Below, one piece after another: positions 10,150-20,084 of a DNA stretch of 64,000 nucleotides (position 1 is its first letter; each line of letters begins with the position of its first letter). Position numbers and translations under genes: made by a program. The stretch spans positions 1-64,000 of the forward strand of contig CAWCPV010000020.1 of the NCBI GenBank assembly GCA_963797555.1. Reading direction: 5' to 3'. Source of the DNA: an uncultured Gammaproteobacteria bacterium. GTDB taxonomy: Bacteria; Pseudomonadota; Gammaproteobacteria; CAWCPV01. The notes under the pieces are model-generated. The model saw only the letters and a list, made by a program, of their open reading frames with translations. It did no database searches and was not told the origin of the DNA.

Positions 10150-11792
10150 CAGATCTCCTCGGCTTGAGTCACCCGCACCACCTCTTCCACCGCGGTGACG
10201 CCCGCCGCCGCCTTCTCCACTCCGGCCTGGCGAATGGTCTGCCAGCCCCGGTCCGCCATGTGCTCGCGCAGCGCCTGGGTGGAGCCGCGGTCGTGGATGA
10301 GCTGACGCGCCATGTCATCCACGGTCAGCAGCTCATAGATCCCGGTGCGCCCCCGATAGCCGGTGCCGAGGCAGGCGTCGCAGCCGCTCGCTCGGTACAG
10401 CACGCCGTTCTGCCCCAGTCCCAGCTCCGCACGCAGGGCCGGAGCAGGCTGGTAGGCCTCGCGGCAGCGGGGGCACAGCACCCGCACCAGGCGCTGCGCC
10501 ATGACGCCCACCAGGGCCGAGGCCAACAGGAACGGCTCCACGCCCATGTCCACCAAGCGGGCGCAGGCCGAAGCCGCGTCGTTGGTGTGCAGCGTCGAGA
10601 GGACCAGATGCCCCGTCAGGCTGGCCTGGATGGCGATGCGCGCCGCCTCGACATCCCGGATCTCTCCCACCATGATGATGTCGGGGTCCTGACGTAGGAT
10701 GGAACGGAGACCATTGGCGAAGGTGAGGCCGGTCTTGGTATTGACCTGAATCTGGCCGACCCCCGAAAGCTCGTATTCGATCGGATCCTCGATGGTGAGG
10801 ATGTTGCGGTCCTCCCTATTCAGCTCCATCAGCGCGGCATACAGGGTCGTGGTCTTTCCGGACCCGGTCGGGCCGGTCACCAGCAACATGCCGTGGGGCA
10901 GGCGTATCCACTTCCTCAACGGCTCCAGCGCCCGCGCATCCAGACCCAGCTCAGGAAGACGGAGCAAGGCCGCGCCGCGGTCCAGGAGACGCATCACGAC
11001 GCGCTCGCCGTAGGCCGTGGGCAGCACCGAGACGCGGATGTCCACCTCCCGCCCGCCCACCCGGATCTTGATGCGGCCGTCCTGGGGGAGGCGCTTCTCC
11101 GCGATGTCGAGGGAGGCCATCACCTTGATGCGCGAGGCCAGCGCGGACTGAAACTGGCGCGGCGGGCGGATCACGTTGTGCAGCACGCCGTCCACTCGGA
11201 AGCGCACGGCGAGGTCGCGCTCGTAGGGCTCGATGTGAATGTCGCTGGCGCGTTTCTTGACGGCCTCGGACAGCAAGGTGTTGACGAGGCGGATGATGGG
11301 CGCGTCGTCGGCGCTCTCCAGAAGGTCCGTGGGCTCCAGGGGCAGTTCCTGGAGCGAACCCTCGAGCGACAGCCCGTCCAGGGTCTCGACCACGTCCTGA
11401 GCGGTCCCGCTCGCCTGGTCGTAGACGCGGTTGATGAGCCGCTCCACCTCACTGCGGCTCGACACCACGAGGCGCAGGGGCCTGGCGAGCAGACGCCGAC
11501 AGTCGTCGAGGGCCTCGATGGCGAGCGGGTCCGCGCACAGGATTTCCACCTGTCCGTCCACCTCGCGCAGGGGCAGCAGGGCATGGCGCTTGGTGAAATG
11601 GATCGGCAGCACGGTGGCAAGTCGAGCATCAATCGCGCCCTCGTCGACGCGCAAACGCCGCTCCAAGCCGAGCTGGCGGCACACCGAGTCGAGCAACTCC
11701 TCGCCAGCCAGGGGCTGCTCGATGGCGCCCTCGGACGGGGAAGCCTGTTCTCTCACGGCGACATCGCTCAAAAACCACCCCCTTCGCCCCAC
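10149..11792 (-). CDS. gspE: T2SS ATPase
   Basis: ASDIHIEP, GPTGSGKTTT, LRQDPDIIMVGEIRD, tetracysteine Zn motif; exact start uncertain. Confidence 0.93.
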   Translation of the reverse strand: MGRRGWFLSDVAVREQASPSEGAIEQPLAGEELLDSVCRQLGLERRLRVDEGAIDARLATVLPIHFTKRHALLPLREVDGQVEILCADPLAIEALDDCRRLLARPLRLVVSSRSEVERLINRVYDQASGTAQDVVETLDGLSLEGSLQELPLEPTDLLESADDAPIIRLVNTLLSEAVKKRASDIHIEPYERDLAVRFRVDGVLHNVIRPPRQFQSALASRIKVMASLDIAEKRLPQDGRIKIRVGGREVDIRVSVLPTAYGERVVMRLLDRGAALLRLPELGLDARALEPLRKWIRLPHGMLLVTGPTGSGKTTTLYAALMELNREDRNILTIEDPIEYELSGVGQIQVNTKTGLTFANGLRSILRQDPDIIMVGEIRDVEAARIAIQASLTGHLVLSTLHTNDAASACARLVDMGVEPFLLASALVGVMAQRLVRVLCPRCREAYQPAPALRAELGLGQNGVLYRASGCDACLGTGYRGRTGIYELLTVDDMARQLIHDRGSTQALREHMADRGWQTIRQAGVEKAAAGVTAVEEVVRVTQAEEI

Positions 11793-13966
11793 TGCGAAGG
11801 TACATGCGACTCCTCGGATGGCCGGGAAGCCTTGGACGCAGCGGGGTGCGGCGCCTGGGGCGCAGGCGCCGGGATCGTCGCCGTCGGAGGAGCGAGGGAG
11901 TGCGATATGGGAGGCGCAGCGCTTGGCGGCGTCATCGACTGCTCAGACCGCCCTTCTCTGGCCGTGAGAGCATGATACTTGCCGCGGGAGAGCGCCTCCA
12001 GATCCTGGGGGCGGCGTATCACCGTCGGCTGGAGAAATATCATGAGGTCCGTCTTCTGCCTCTCGTGGGTTGTGGACCGGAACAGCTGCCCGAGCAAGGG
12101 CACGTCACCCAGCAGGGGCACCTTGGTCACGGAGTCGTTGTCCTGGTCCTGGATGAGCCCGCCGAGAGCGATCATCTGGCCCTGGCGCACCACGACGCTG
12201 GTCTTGAGGGAGCGCTTGTTGGTCAGCAGCCCCTGCGGATTGTTGACGGTGCCCGGCACCACGCTGGAGATTTCCTGGTAGATGTCCAGGCGAATGGAGT
12301 CGCCGGTGGTGATCTGAGGAGTGACCCGAAGCTTGAGGCCGATGTCTTCCCGGGTAATGGTCTGGAAGGGATTGGTCACGCCATTGGTGGTGGGCACCGT
12401 GCCGGTGAGGAAGGGCACGTTCTGCCCGACCACGATCTCCGCCTCTTCATTGTCCATGGTCAGCAGGTTCGGCGTGGAGAGGATGTTCACCGCCGTATTC
12501 GACTGCAGAGCGGTCACCAGCGCGCCCAGATTGAGAAACTGCTGTCCTTGCCAGGTGATCAGGCCATCCACCACACCGATTGCCAGCCCGTTCAGCAGGA
12601 AGGGGTTGGCCGACGCCGCATTGATGTTGTTGGGATTACTGGGGTTACTCAAGGATGTCTGCCCAATAAAAGACGGCCCGGCATTCGGTTTGGTGAAGTC
12701 GTTGGTGGTGCGCCACTCGACGCCGAACTCCTTCTGCAGGTCCGAGGTGATCTCCATGATCAGCGCCTCCACGTACACCTGGAGTCGCCGGATATCGAGC
12801 TGCCCGATCACCGAACGCAAGGTGTCGTAATCCTGGGGGTCCGCGCCGATCACCAGGGCGTTGGTGGACTTGTCGGCCATGACGCTTACGGGCCGCAGGA
12901 AACCTTCCAAGGCGCCCGCCCCCGCCGGGCTTTCCTTGGTTCCCCCCTTCAGGTGCTGGAGCATATCCGTCAGTACCTTCGCCATGCCTTCGGCGTCGGC
13001 ATTCTTGAGGTAATAGACGTGGATGTAGTCGATTACTTTGCCGAGGGGGCGATCCAACTGGCTCAGCACGTGCCGGACCTCTCCCAGCATTGACTTGGGA
13101 ACCAGTGCCACCAGGGAGTTGGTCCGCTCGTCCGCCAGGAACTTGGCCGGCAGGGCCTGCGTCTTGTCCCCGGTAAAAGCCTTGTTGAGGGTCTCGGCGA
13201 TTTTCTGAGCGCTGGCGTAGCGCATAGTGAATAGCTGCAGGGCAGGACCCTGCTCCGCCACGTCCAGCAGGTCCACCATCTCCACGATGCGCCGGACGTT
13301 GCTCGCGTAGTCGGTGAGAATCAGGGTGTTGGACGGCGCATGCGCGGCCAGGTAGCTGTTGGGCGAGACGAGCGGGCGTAGCACCGGCACCAACTGCGCC
13401 GCTTCCACGTGCTTCAGCCGAATGAGCTGGCTCACCAGCGCATCGGTCTTTGGGGGCGGCTTCGCTTCGTCCACCCCGCGCACCGAGACCCCCTTCTGTT
13501 TGGCGTCCACGGCGGGGACGATCTTTTGTACGCTGCCCGCCGGAACGATCGCGTATCCCTGCACCTCGAGGATGGACTCGAAGATTTGCCGGGCCTCTTC
13601 CTTGGTTACCGGCGAGGGGGTGATGATGGTCACTGTCCCCTTGACGCGGTTATCGATCAGATAGTTGACGCCGGTCAGCTCCGACATGAACTTGACGATG
13701 GCGCGGATATCGGCGGCTTGGAAGTCCAGAGTGATGCGCCCATTGCCGTTGGATGCGCGCTCAGCGGCGGCGGTCATTCCCACGGCTCCGAGGAAGGCTA
13801 GACCCAGCAGCGCGAGCAGCGCTCCCCTCCGGCGCCAAGGCGCGCCGTGGAACGGCGAGCCCTGGCGGGGCGGACGACGACCGCAAGACCTCTCAGGCAG
13901 GGGAAAGCGGCGTTGGACGGACACCTTACGGATTGACTCCTGAAGCGTCGTCTGAGGCTCCCGCAA
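11768..13966 (-). CDS. gspD: T2SS secretin (true start probably further downstream)
   Basis: LDFQAADIR N0 domain, N-domain repeats, QVYVEALIMEI, KVPLLGDVPLLGQLFRS. Confidence 0.92.
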   Translation of the reverse strand: MREPQTTLQESIRKVSVQRRFPLPERSCGRRPPRQGSPFHGAPWRRRGALLALLGLAFLGAVGMTAAAERASNGNGRITLDFQAADIRAIVKFMSELTGVNYLIDNRVKGTVTIITPSPVTKEEARQIFESILEVQGYAIVPAGSVQKIVPAVDAKQKGVSVRGVDEAKPPPKTDALVSQLIRLKHVEAAQLVPVLRPLVSPNSYLAAHAPSNTLILTDYASNVRRIVEMVDLLDVAEQGPALQLFTMRYASAQKIAETLNKAFTGDKTQALPAKFLADERTNSLVALVPKSMLGEVRHVLSQLDRPLGKVIDYIHVYYLKNADAEGMAKVLTDMLQHLKGGTKESPAGAGALEGFLRPVSVMADKSTNALVIGADPQDYDTLRSVIGQLDIRRLQVYVEALIMEITSDLQKEFGVEWRTTNDFTKPNAGPSFIGQTSLSNPSNPNNINAASANPFLLNGLAIGVVDGLITWQGQQFLNLGALVTALQSNTAVNILSTPNLLTMDNEEAEIVVGQNVPFLTGTVPTTNGVTNPFQTITREDIGLKLRVTPQITTGDSIRLDIYQEISSVVPGTVNNPQGLLTNKRSLKTSVVVRQGQMIALGGLIQDQDNDSVTKVPLLGDVPLLGQLFRSTTHERQKTDLMIFLQPTVIRRPQDLEALSRGKYHALTAREGRSEQSMTPPSAAPPISHSLAPPTATIPAPAPQAPHPAASKASRPSEESHVPSQWGEGGGF

Positions 13967-14337
13967 ATGCGACCGGCTGACGGCAGCCCGGAGACGCTCG
14001 GTCAGCCGGCTCCCTCACGCAGCGCCCGGGAAGGCCGCAGGCGCTGGCCCGCCAAGGCGGGCACGGAATCGAGGCAGCGGAGACGCCCGAACAGGGGTCC
14101 AGGCTGGCGAATGGAAAACGGCGGTCGAGAGGCGAGCGCTGGCCGGGGGACTGCATCTCTCTTGCGGATCAACGTCTGACGATTCGAGCAAACCGAGTCC
14201 CCGAGGGAAGCCGGCGGCCCGCGCCGGGCGGCCCGGGGTCCTCAAGTCGACCTGCAGTCTAGCACACTCCGGCGACCGGCAAAGCATTGGCCCGCGCCTT
14301 CGCGCAAACGATCAGCGGGACCTGGCGGGGCGACGAG

Positions 14338-14365
14338 AAAAAAGGGGCGAACCGCGGTCCGCCCC
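14338..14365 (-). terminator. Rho-independent terminator after the mtrC-like gene
   Basis: Minus strand GGGGCGGACCGCGGTTCGCCCC followed by TTTTTT. Confidence 0.7.
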
Positions 14366-14417
14366 CATCGAGGGTCACAGCTATAGAAGCGCGCTGGACG
14401 CTGCGCTTTTGTTGTTT

Positions 14418-16775
14418 TTACGGCACCCCGTGCACGGCCTGCACGTCGGCGATCGCGCCTGACGAGTGGCAGACCGCGCAGGTCTCGAAGACCGCCCCAC
14501 TGTCGATGGCCGCCTGGGTGGTGTCGAAGGACCCGCCGCCCGTTTGGGTGATGTGCTGGTTGGTCAGCTCATCGTCGTGACAGGAGGAGCAGGCCGCCGC
14601 GATGGGGGTGACCTTGAGATCGTCGTCCGGCGTGGCGAGGGCGTCCTTGATGCCCTGTACATCGCCGGCCAGGGCGGGGCTCGCGGTCTGCACCGTGGTC
14701 CCCAGCGTGCCTTGCACCAGCGGCACCTGGTAAGTGCTGTCGACATGGCAGATGGTGCAGTCGTTCAGGATGCCCGGGAAGCGCACGTCGTTGAACGAGT
14801 TGGGGTTCCCGCCGAAGCCGTACACGGTGATGCCGCTCGCCCGGTTGGGAACCTGGGACTCGTCCGGACCGCTGGCATGGATGCCGTGGATCATGGCCTT
14901 GAAGTGGATCGCCTGCTCGCGCAAGCCGTCCACCCCTGTCGCCGTGAAGTCCGCATAGTTGTTCGCGGACGCCGGGCGCTGAGTGATGTCGGTCGCGTTC
15001 GGGTTGTGACAGATGACGCAGAGATCGATGTTGTTGGTGCGGTTGGAGCCGTGCAGGCTGAGCACCTCATGGCACTTGTCGCAGTTGGCGATATCCACCA
15101 CCTGCTTGCGCGGCTGCGGCGTACTGTCGGTGATGGGGACGTACTGGACGACGCTCCTCACCGGAATGGACTGCACTGTCCCGTGGGCCGGATCGAAGGG
15201 ATTGGAATTGGTGGCGGCCGGATGACCTTCGATGGCCGCGGCGCCGGTCCCTTTGGCGGCCGGAATCCCCTGCGCCTGCTGGCTGCCGTCGGGGATGGCC
15301 ACGGTCGAGGTCACGGTCAGGGTCCCGTCCCCGTTGTCCGTGGCATTCCTCACGCCGTTGGTCACCGCCGGGATGCTGATGGGCTGGGCGGGGATGCTGC
15401 CGCTCCCGGTATTGTTGTAATCGACCGTGTCCCAACCGAAGTCGATGGCCAGGCGACTGCTGCCGGTGGAGCTGCTGGAAGTCCAGTCGGGTGACTCGGT
15501 CAAATTCATGGGCTGACCATCCTTGAGCACTTGGAACACCACCTTCGGTTTCTGGCCCGGCGCGGTGTCGGAAACGCTGACGATCTTGTACTCGTAACGC
15601 TTAGCCTCGTTTTCGGCGAAAATCTGGTGCACCTCGGCGCTGGGAGCGAGGCCGTTCGGTCCGTGACAGCTCGCGCAGCCGCCGTTGCTCGGCTGCGGGC
15701 CGGCGGTGTGCTCCCTCATCCCCGGAGGCGGCGGAGAAGTGAAGCTCACGTCCTCGTGGCAGGATGTGCATGCCTGCATGGTGGGGACCGTCTGCCAGGA
15801 GTCGCCATTCGGGGCGGTCGCCTGGTTGTGGCACTTGGCGCAGTGCCGGATATCCTGGGGAAAGACCACGGTGGAGAAGTCGGTGCTGCTGATCTTATAG
15901 GGAGTGCCTGCTTTAACGCTGAGGAGGTCGGCGCCGAGGTGGAGCTTGTGGATGAACACCTTGAAGTCCACGGTATTGCCGGTTTCGGCATCCGTGGTCC
16001 CGGGGTTGTGGCAGGTGACGCAGTACTTCGTCTCGATCCGTCCGCCGTAGATCACCTCCCTGCCTCCCACAACCTGGGGGTTGGCGCCGTGCGCCCGCAG
16101 TTGAGTGTGGCACTCGTTGCAGTTCGAGGTCGTCACGATGTCGTTGGTGGTGGTGACCTGACCGCCATTTGGAACGAAGTCCAGGGTCGGGTTGCCCGCC
16201 GGCAGGGGGGAGCCGTTGAGCGACCCGCTGAACTGGATGGCGACCCGGGTGGTCGCCGTCGGGTCATAGGGCACGGGGATTGGCGTCGTGACGTTCGTGA
16301 CGTCGGTCGCGAAGGTGTACGTGTAAGTGCCGTCGCCGTGGTCCACCAGGGTCCCGGTTCTGTCGTAGGTCGCCTGGATCGCGTTTTGGAGGGCGGCACC
16401 CGACGCCGTCCGGTTGATGTAGCTCTGCCAGGAGTTGCCATCGCCGTTGTTGGGCACAACGAGCTTCGCCATGGTGAAGCGCACGTTGCCGGTGGAGCCG
16501 GCGGTGAGCCCGATCACCGGCGCGTTGTTCTGGTCCAACACGGTGAAGTTCACCACCGGGGGACCGTTGATGGGTTCCACGCTCGTAATCGTCGCGTTGA
16601 GCGCCGTGGGCGCCGCGGTCGGCGTCCCACCGGGCGGCCCCGCAGGCCCCTCGGGCCCCGAAGGTCCGGCAGCCCCGGAAGAGCCACTGCTGCCATTGAA
16701 ACATCCCGTCAGTGCCAGAGAGAGCGCAAGCGCCCCCAACACGGACCCTGTCCCGAACGCTCGTCGCTGTGTCAT
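14418..16775 (-). CDS. mtrC: OmcA/MtrC-family outer-surface decaheme cytochrome c lipoprotein
   Basis: Lipobox LALTGC; 10 CxxCH in two groups of five separated by beta-rich domains; WQSYIN and DHGDGTYTYTF motifs; GGAGGA RBS before ATG 16775. Confidence 0.9.
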   Translation of the reverse strand: MTQRRAFGTGSVLGALALSLALTGCFNGSSGSSGAAGPSGPEGPAGPPGGTPTAAPTALNATITSVEPINGPPVVNFTVLDQNNAPVIGLTAGSTGNVRFTMAKLVVPNNGDGNSWQSYINRTASGAALQNAIQATYDRTGTLVDHGDGTYTYTFATDVTNVTTPIPVPYDPTATTRVAIQFSGSLNGSPLPAGNPTLDFVPNGGQVTTTNDIVTTSNCNECHTQLRAHGANPQVVGGREVIYGGRIETKYCVTCHNPGTTDAETGNTVDFKVFIHKLHLGADLLSVKAGTPYKISSTDFSTVVFPQDIRHCAKCHNQATAPNGDSWQTVPTMQACTSCHEDVSFTSPPPPGMREHTAGPQPSNGGCASCHGPNGLAPSAEVHQIFAENEAKRYEYKIVSVSDTAPGQKPKVVFQVLKDGQPMNLTESPDWTSSSSTGSSRLAIDFGWDTVDYNNTGSGSIPAQPISIPAVTNGVRNATDNGDGTLTVTSTVAIPDGSQQAQGIPAAKGTGAAAIEGHPAATNSNPFDPAHGTVQSIPVRSVVQYVPITDSTPQPRKQVVDIANCDKCHEVLSLHGSNRTNNIDLCVICHNPNATDITQRPASANNYADFTATGVDGLREQAIHFKAMIHGIHASGPDESQVPNRASGITVYGFGGNPNSFNDVRFPGILNDCTICHVDSTYQVPLVQGTLGTTVQTASPALAGDVQGIKDALATPDDDLKVTPIAAACSSCHDDELTNQHITQTGGGSFDTTQAAIDSGAVFETCAVCHSSGAIADVQAVHGVP

Positions 16776-16988
16776 ATCCTCCACCCCTGACTTTCGCAGC
16801 CGGCCCATAGTTGGGCACCCTGTGTGCCGTGAAAAATTCGCTGTATCCAAAACGCCTCACCGCGCGCAACTTTGTCAGCGCCGTGGCGTTTGTAGCATAG
16901 GCTCCCCCCGCGGTCAACTTCTCGTTGCATGTTAGGGAACATACACCTGGCAATCTCTCGCCGGCCCGTCGGGCGGGCGGTACTCACC

Positions 16989-17219
16989 ATGAAGCTCCAT
17001 GGTGAAATCGAGCAGCATCAAAAACGGCGTCTCGGTGCTGCTGGACGAGTAAGACTTAGGCGGGTCCTGTTCTCGCAGGGGGGTTGGATGAAGGCGCGCT
17101 ACCCGGTCCATCTGGCCAACACGGCGGGTATCCGGCGGTACGAGGGCTTGAAGTACACCGACAATGGGCACGATGCCCGCTGGCCCGCCCGTCTGCTGCG
17201 CCCTGGGGCCACTGCCTAG
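16989..17219 (+). pseudogene. IS110-family transposase remnant
   Basis: YPVHLANTAGIRRYEGLKYTDNGHDARW resembles the DEDD IS110 N-terminal domain; internally deleted. Confidence 0.6.
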
Positions 17220-17238
17220 TGACATTTGGTCAGGAGAG

Positions 17239-17317
17239 GTAGGCCGGGTTTAGCGCAGCGTCACCCGACAAATCCAGCCGCGTCGGGTGACGGCCTGTCG
17301 GCCTATCCCCACCTTAC
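17239..17317. repeat. GTAG-type REP doublet (inverted pair)
   Basis: GTAGGCCGGGTTTAGCGCAGCGTCACCCGAC and an inverted GTCGGGTGACGGCCTGTCGGCCTATCCCCACCTTAC. Confidence 0.55.
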
Positions 17318-17369
17318 GATCTGCTGAGAGAAGGAGGTACGTCCCTGAGACGGAGGAGCACCGTGAAAG

Positions 17370-17400
17370 CGGGACGGAGAGCTGTGGGCTCTCCGTCCCG
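17370..17400 (-). terminator. Strong hairpin downstream of the multiheme lipoprotein gene
   Basis: CGGGACGGAGAGC-TGTGG-GCTCTCCGTCCCG perfect 13-bp stem; short T run on the minus strand. Confidence 0.6.
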
Positions 17401-17414
17401 TGGCGAGGCGCTCT

Positions 17415-20084
17415 TTACAGCCCGTTCAACTGGGCCACCGTCGCGCTGGACACGGCCTGGTAGAAGGGCGGGTTATGCACCCCTTCGCTCGCGTCCTGGT
17501 CGAGGAGCGAGTAGTTCCAGTTGGCCTTGGCGAGGATGTCCGTCTGGTTGGACGTGAGGTTCGGCAGATAGTCGGGAATATTCATTGCCGTCCCGCCCGC
17601 CGGCGTCACCTTCGGCTGGCGCCCACCCGTGTAGCTCACCGCCACCCCGTCGCCCTTGAGCTTGGTGACCGCCTGCTGAAAGGCCGCCTGGATGGCATCG
17701 ACCTGTGCCTTCCCGGCTGTTTGTATCTGATCGGCGTTAGGCGACCCCGAGGTGTGGCAATCGATGCAGATGGTCGGGCTGGCCGCAAACTGGTGGTTGG
17801 TACCGCCGCCCTCGATGCTGAGATTCGGGTCCGGCGGGGTCTTCACCATATGGCAAGTGACGCAGGTGTCCGTGACGGTGATATCCCCGGCCTGGACCCC
17901 CGAGTGGGGGGAGCGCTCACCGGTCACGAAGTAAGCATTACGCCCCATGAGCGTATCCCCCTGGCAGGCCTCGTGCGGCGCGCTGAACGAAGTGAGGGTG
18001 CCCCAGTTGGGATCGCCGTCCTCGTGGAGGGTGATCTCCCCATTCGAGGCTTCGCCGTTGCGGGAGTTGTGGCAGGTGATGCACATGGCTCCCTTGCCCA
18101 CGTTGTCGGCTTCGAAGCCTGCCGGGAGCTTCGGCGTGCTGCCGGTCACCCGCGGCTGGGCGTTGGTAGTGGGCCCGCTGGTCGTTCCCGGATCGTGGGG
18201 GTCGTGGCAGACCGCACAGGTCTGGGGCTGGACGGTCTGCGGGGTGAGATTCGCCAGGGCCGGGCTCGCCAGGCTCTCCGGCGTCAGGACGCGCGAGGCG
18301 TCGCCGCCCTCGAGCTGCGTCAACCAGACCAGGAAGCCCTCGCCGGTATGGCAGCCGGCACAACCGTTGCGAACGCTAGTGCTTCCGTCGGCGGCGACGC
18401 TGAACCCCTCGCTAACGGCAACGTTGTAGTTGGCGTGGCCGCTCTCCTGCCACTGCTGGTAGCGCCCGTGACGCAAGGGCTCCCCGTGGCAGCTACCGCA
18501 CGTGTCGGAGGACAGGCTGAAGCGCTCGGGAACATAACCGGAGAACGTCGCATGGGCGGCCGTGTTGTTGGGCCCGTGGCAATTCTCGCACTGGATGTTC
18601 GCCAGGCCCGCCGTCTTCGGGTAGTTCGCCAGGATATTGGTCCAATTGTCGGGGTTGACCACCACCGCGCCGTTGTTGGCGAAGATAGTGCTGAGCATGT
18701 CGGCGTAGTCGCTCTGATCGTCGAAGCCGTTGTTCGCGGCGTTGAGGTCGTAGCCGACCGAATGGCACACGAAGCAGGAGGAGCTGTAGTGGTTGGGGCT
18801 GGGGGCATCCACGTTCTGGGTGAAGATCTCGGCATGCCCGGAGAGCTGCCAGGCGTTGTAGGAAACCACAGCCTCCGGAGCCGAGCTGCCATGGCACGCC
18901 GGGAAGCACGACCCGCTGTTCACCGGTCTGCCATTCGCATCCTGGCCCGTGATCAGGCCTGCCCAGGTGCCCGCGTAGATGGTCAGCACGTCCGTGCCGC
19001 CCTCGGATACGATGTACTTGCCGGCGGCCGTGGGCGTGAACCAGGGGTCCTGGCTTGCCGCGTCGTTGAGCGCGGGGTTACCGGGCCCGCTGACGGTCCA
19101 GGTGTAGCCGCTCTGGGCTTCGGGGATGGGTTTGCCGGTGACTGGATCCGTCGGCGGCGGGTCGGTTGGTTTTGTCCCCTTGAACGCGCCGTGGAGGAGC
19201 ACCCCCGGGCCCACCGGGACATTCTGCACCCCCGTGGTCACGTCGAAGGGAAGCGTCGCGGTGACCGGCACATCCTGGCTGTAGGTCTGCCCGCCGCTGT
19301 CGGTCCCGGTGACGGTCAGCACCGTCGTCCCGGCCTCTGCCAGGTCGAAGGGGGCGCTGCCCATCACCATGTAGCGGTTCAGGACGACGGTCCCGCGCGC
19401 GGGCTCCTGGGTGTCTTCGTCGACGACGATGTTGCCCTCGGAGTCGGTCTCAATCTCGCCGCGCTCTTGGGTGAGGATGCGGAAGTACTCGTTCTTGTAG
19501 ACCGTGGCGGACGGCAAGGTGGCCGTCACGGTTTGGGTGTCGACGTTGGCAAGCTCCAACGGGACGCTGTTGGACTGCGTCCACTGGTACGAGGCCACGG
19601 TGTTGCAGACGAGGGCGGTGGGCGTGGCGGTTACCTGGATCTGGCTGCCGGGGTCGGCAGTCCCGTTGACCGTTGTCTGGAAGGGCTTGGCGGTAGCCGT
19701 GGGAGCCAGCGCGGCGTCGCCCGGGGCCGTCTGACCTGCTGCCACGGTGACGTTGACCGTTTGCGAGGTGAAGTTGGTCGCCGCGATGGTCAGCGTGTAG
19801 TCCCCGGCCGCCAAGGCGGCGAGGGTATAGGCGCCGCTTTGATCCGTTGTGGTGTTGGCGCCGGTGGTGGGACCGGCCGTGACGGTGACGGTCGCCCCGG
19901 CGACCGCAGCCCCCGACGCACCGGCAGCACACTGAGCGTTCGTGACCGTGCCGGCCACGGTCCCGGTGGTTCCGCCTCCGCCACCACTGCTTGCATTGTG
20001 ATGGTTGTTGTTGCACCCGGCGAGCCCGAGCAGGCCGGTCAATAGGGCGGGCAATAAAAGTTGCCACGTGCTGGTGGTTTTCAT
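17415..20084 (-). CDS. Multiheme cytochrome c lipoprotein with Ig/carboxypeptidase-regulatory-like N-terminal domains
   Basis: Lipobox LAGC, Gly/Thr-rich linker, beta-sandwich region; 8 CxxCH plus one CX3CH (CFPACH); AGGAGG RBS. Confidence 0.85.
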   Translation of the reverse strand: MKTTSTWQLLLPALLTGLLGLAGCNNNHHNASSGGGGGTTGTVAGTVTNAQCAAGASGAAVAGATVTVTAGPTTGANTTTDQSGAYTLAALAAGDYTLTIAATNFTSQTVNVTVAAGQTAPGDAALAPTATAKPFQTTVNGTADPGSQIQVTATPTALVCNTVASYQWTQSNSVPLELANVDTQTVTATLPSATVYKNEYFRILTQERGEIETDSEGNIVVDEDTQEPARGTVVLNRYMVMGSAPFDLAEAGTTVLTVTGTDSGGQTYSQDVPVTATLPFDVTTGVQNVPVGPGVLLHGAFKGTKPTDPPPTDPVTGKPIPEAQSGYTWTVSGPGNPALNDAASQDPWFTPTAAGKYIVSEGGTDVLTIYAGTWAGLITGQDANGRPVNSGSCFPACHGSSAPEAVVSYNAWQLSGHAEIFTQNVDAPSPNHYSSSCFVCHSVGYDLNAANNGFDDQSDYADMLSTIFANNGAVVVNPDNWTNILANYPKTAGLANIQCENCHGPNNTAAHATFSGYVPERFSLSSDTCGSCHGEPLRHGRYQQWQESGHANYNVAVSEGFSVAADGSTSVRNGCAGCHTGEGFLVWLTQLEGGDASRVLTPESLASPALANLTPQTVQPQTCAVCHDPHDPGTTSGPTTNAQPRVTGSTPKLPAGFEADNVGKGAMCITCHNSRNGEASNGEITLHEDGDPNWGTLTSFSAPHEACQGDTLMGRNAYFVTGERSPHSGVQAGDITVTDTCVTCHMVKTPPDPNLSIEGGGTNHQFAASPTICIDCHTSGSPNADQIQTAGKAQVDAIQAAFQQAVTKLKGDGVAVSYTGGRQPKVTPAGGTAMNIPDYLPNLTSNQTDILAKANWNYSLLDQDASEGVHNPPFYQAVSSATVAQLNGL

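Noticed and set aside
17400-20045. 881-aa plus-strand ORF and similar long antisense ORFs
   Set aside because: Shadow frames of GC-rich genes on the opposite strand; no motifs.
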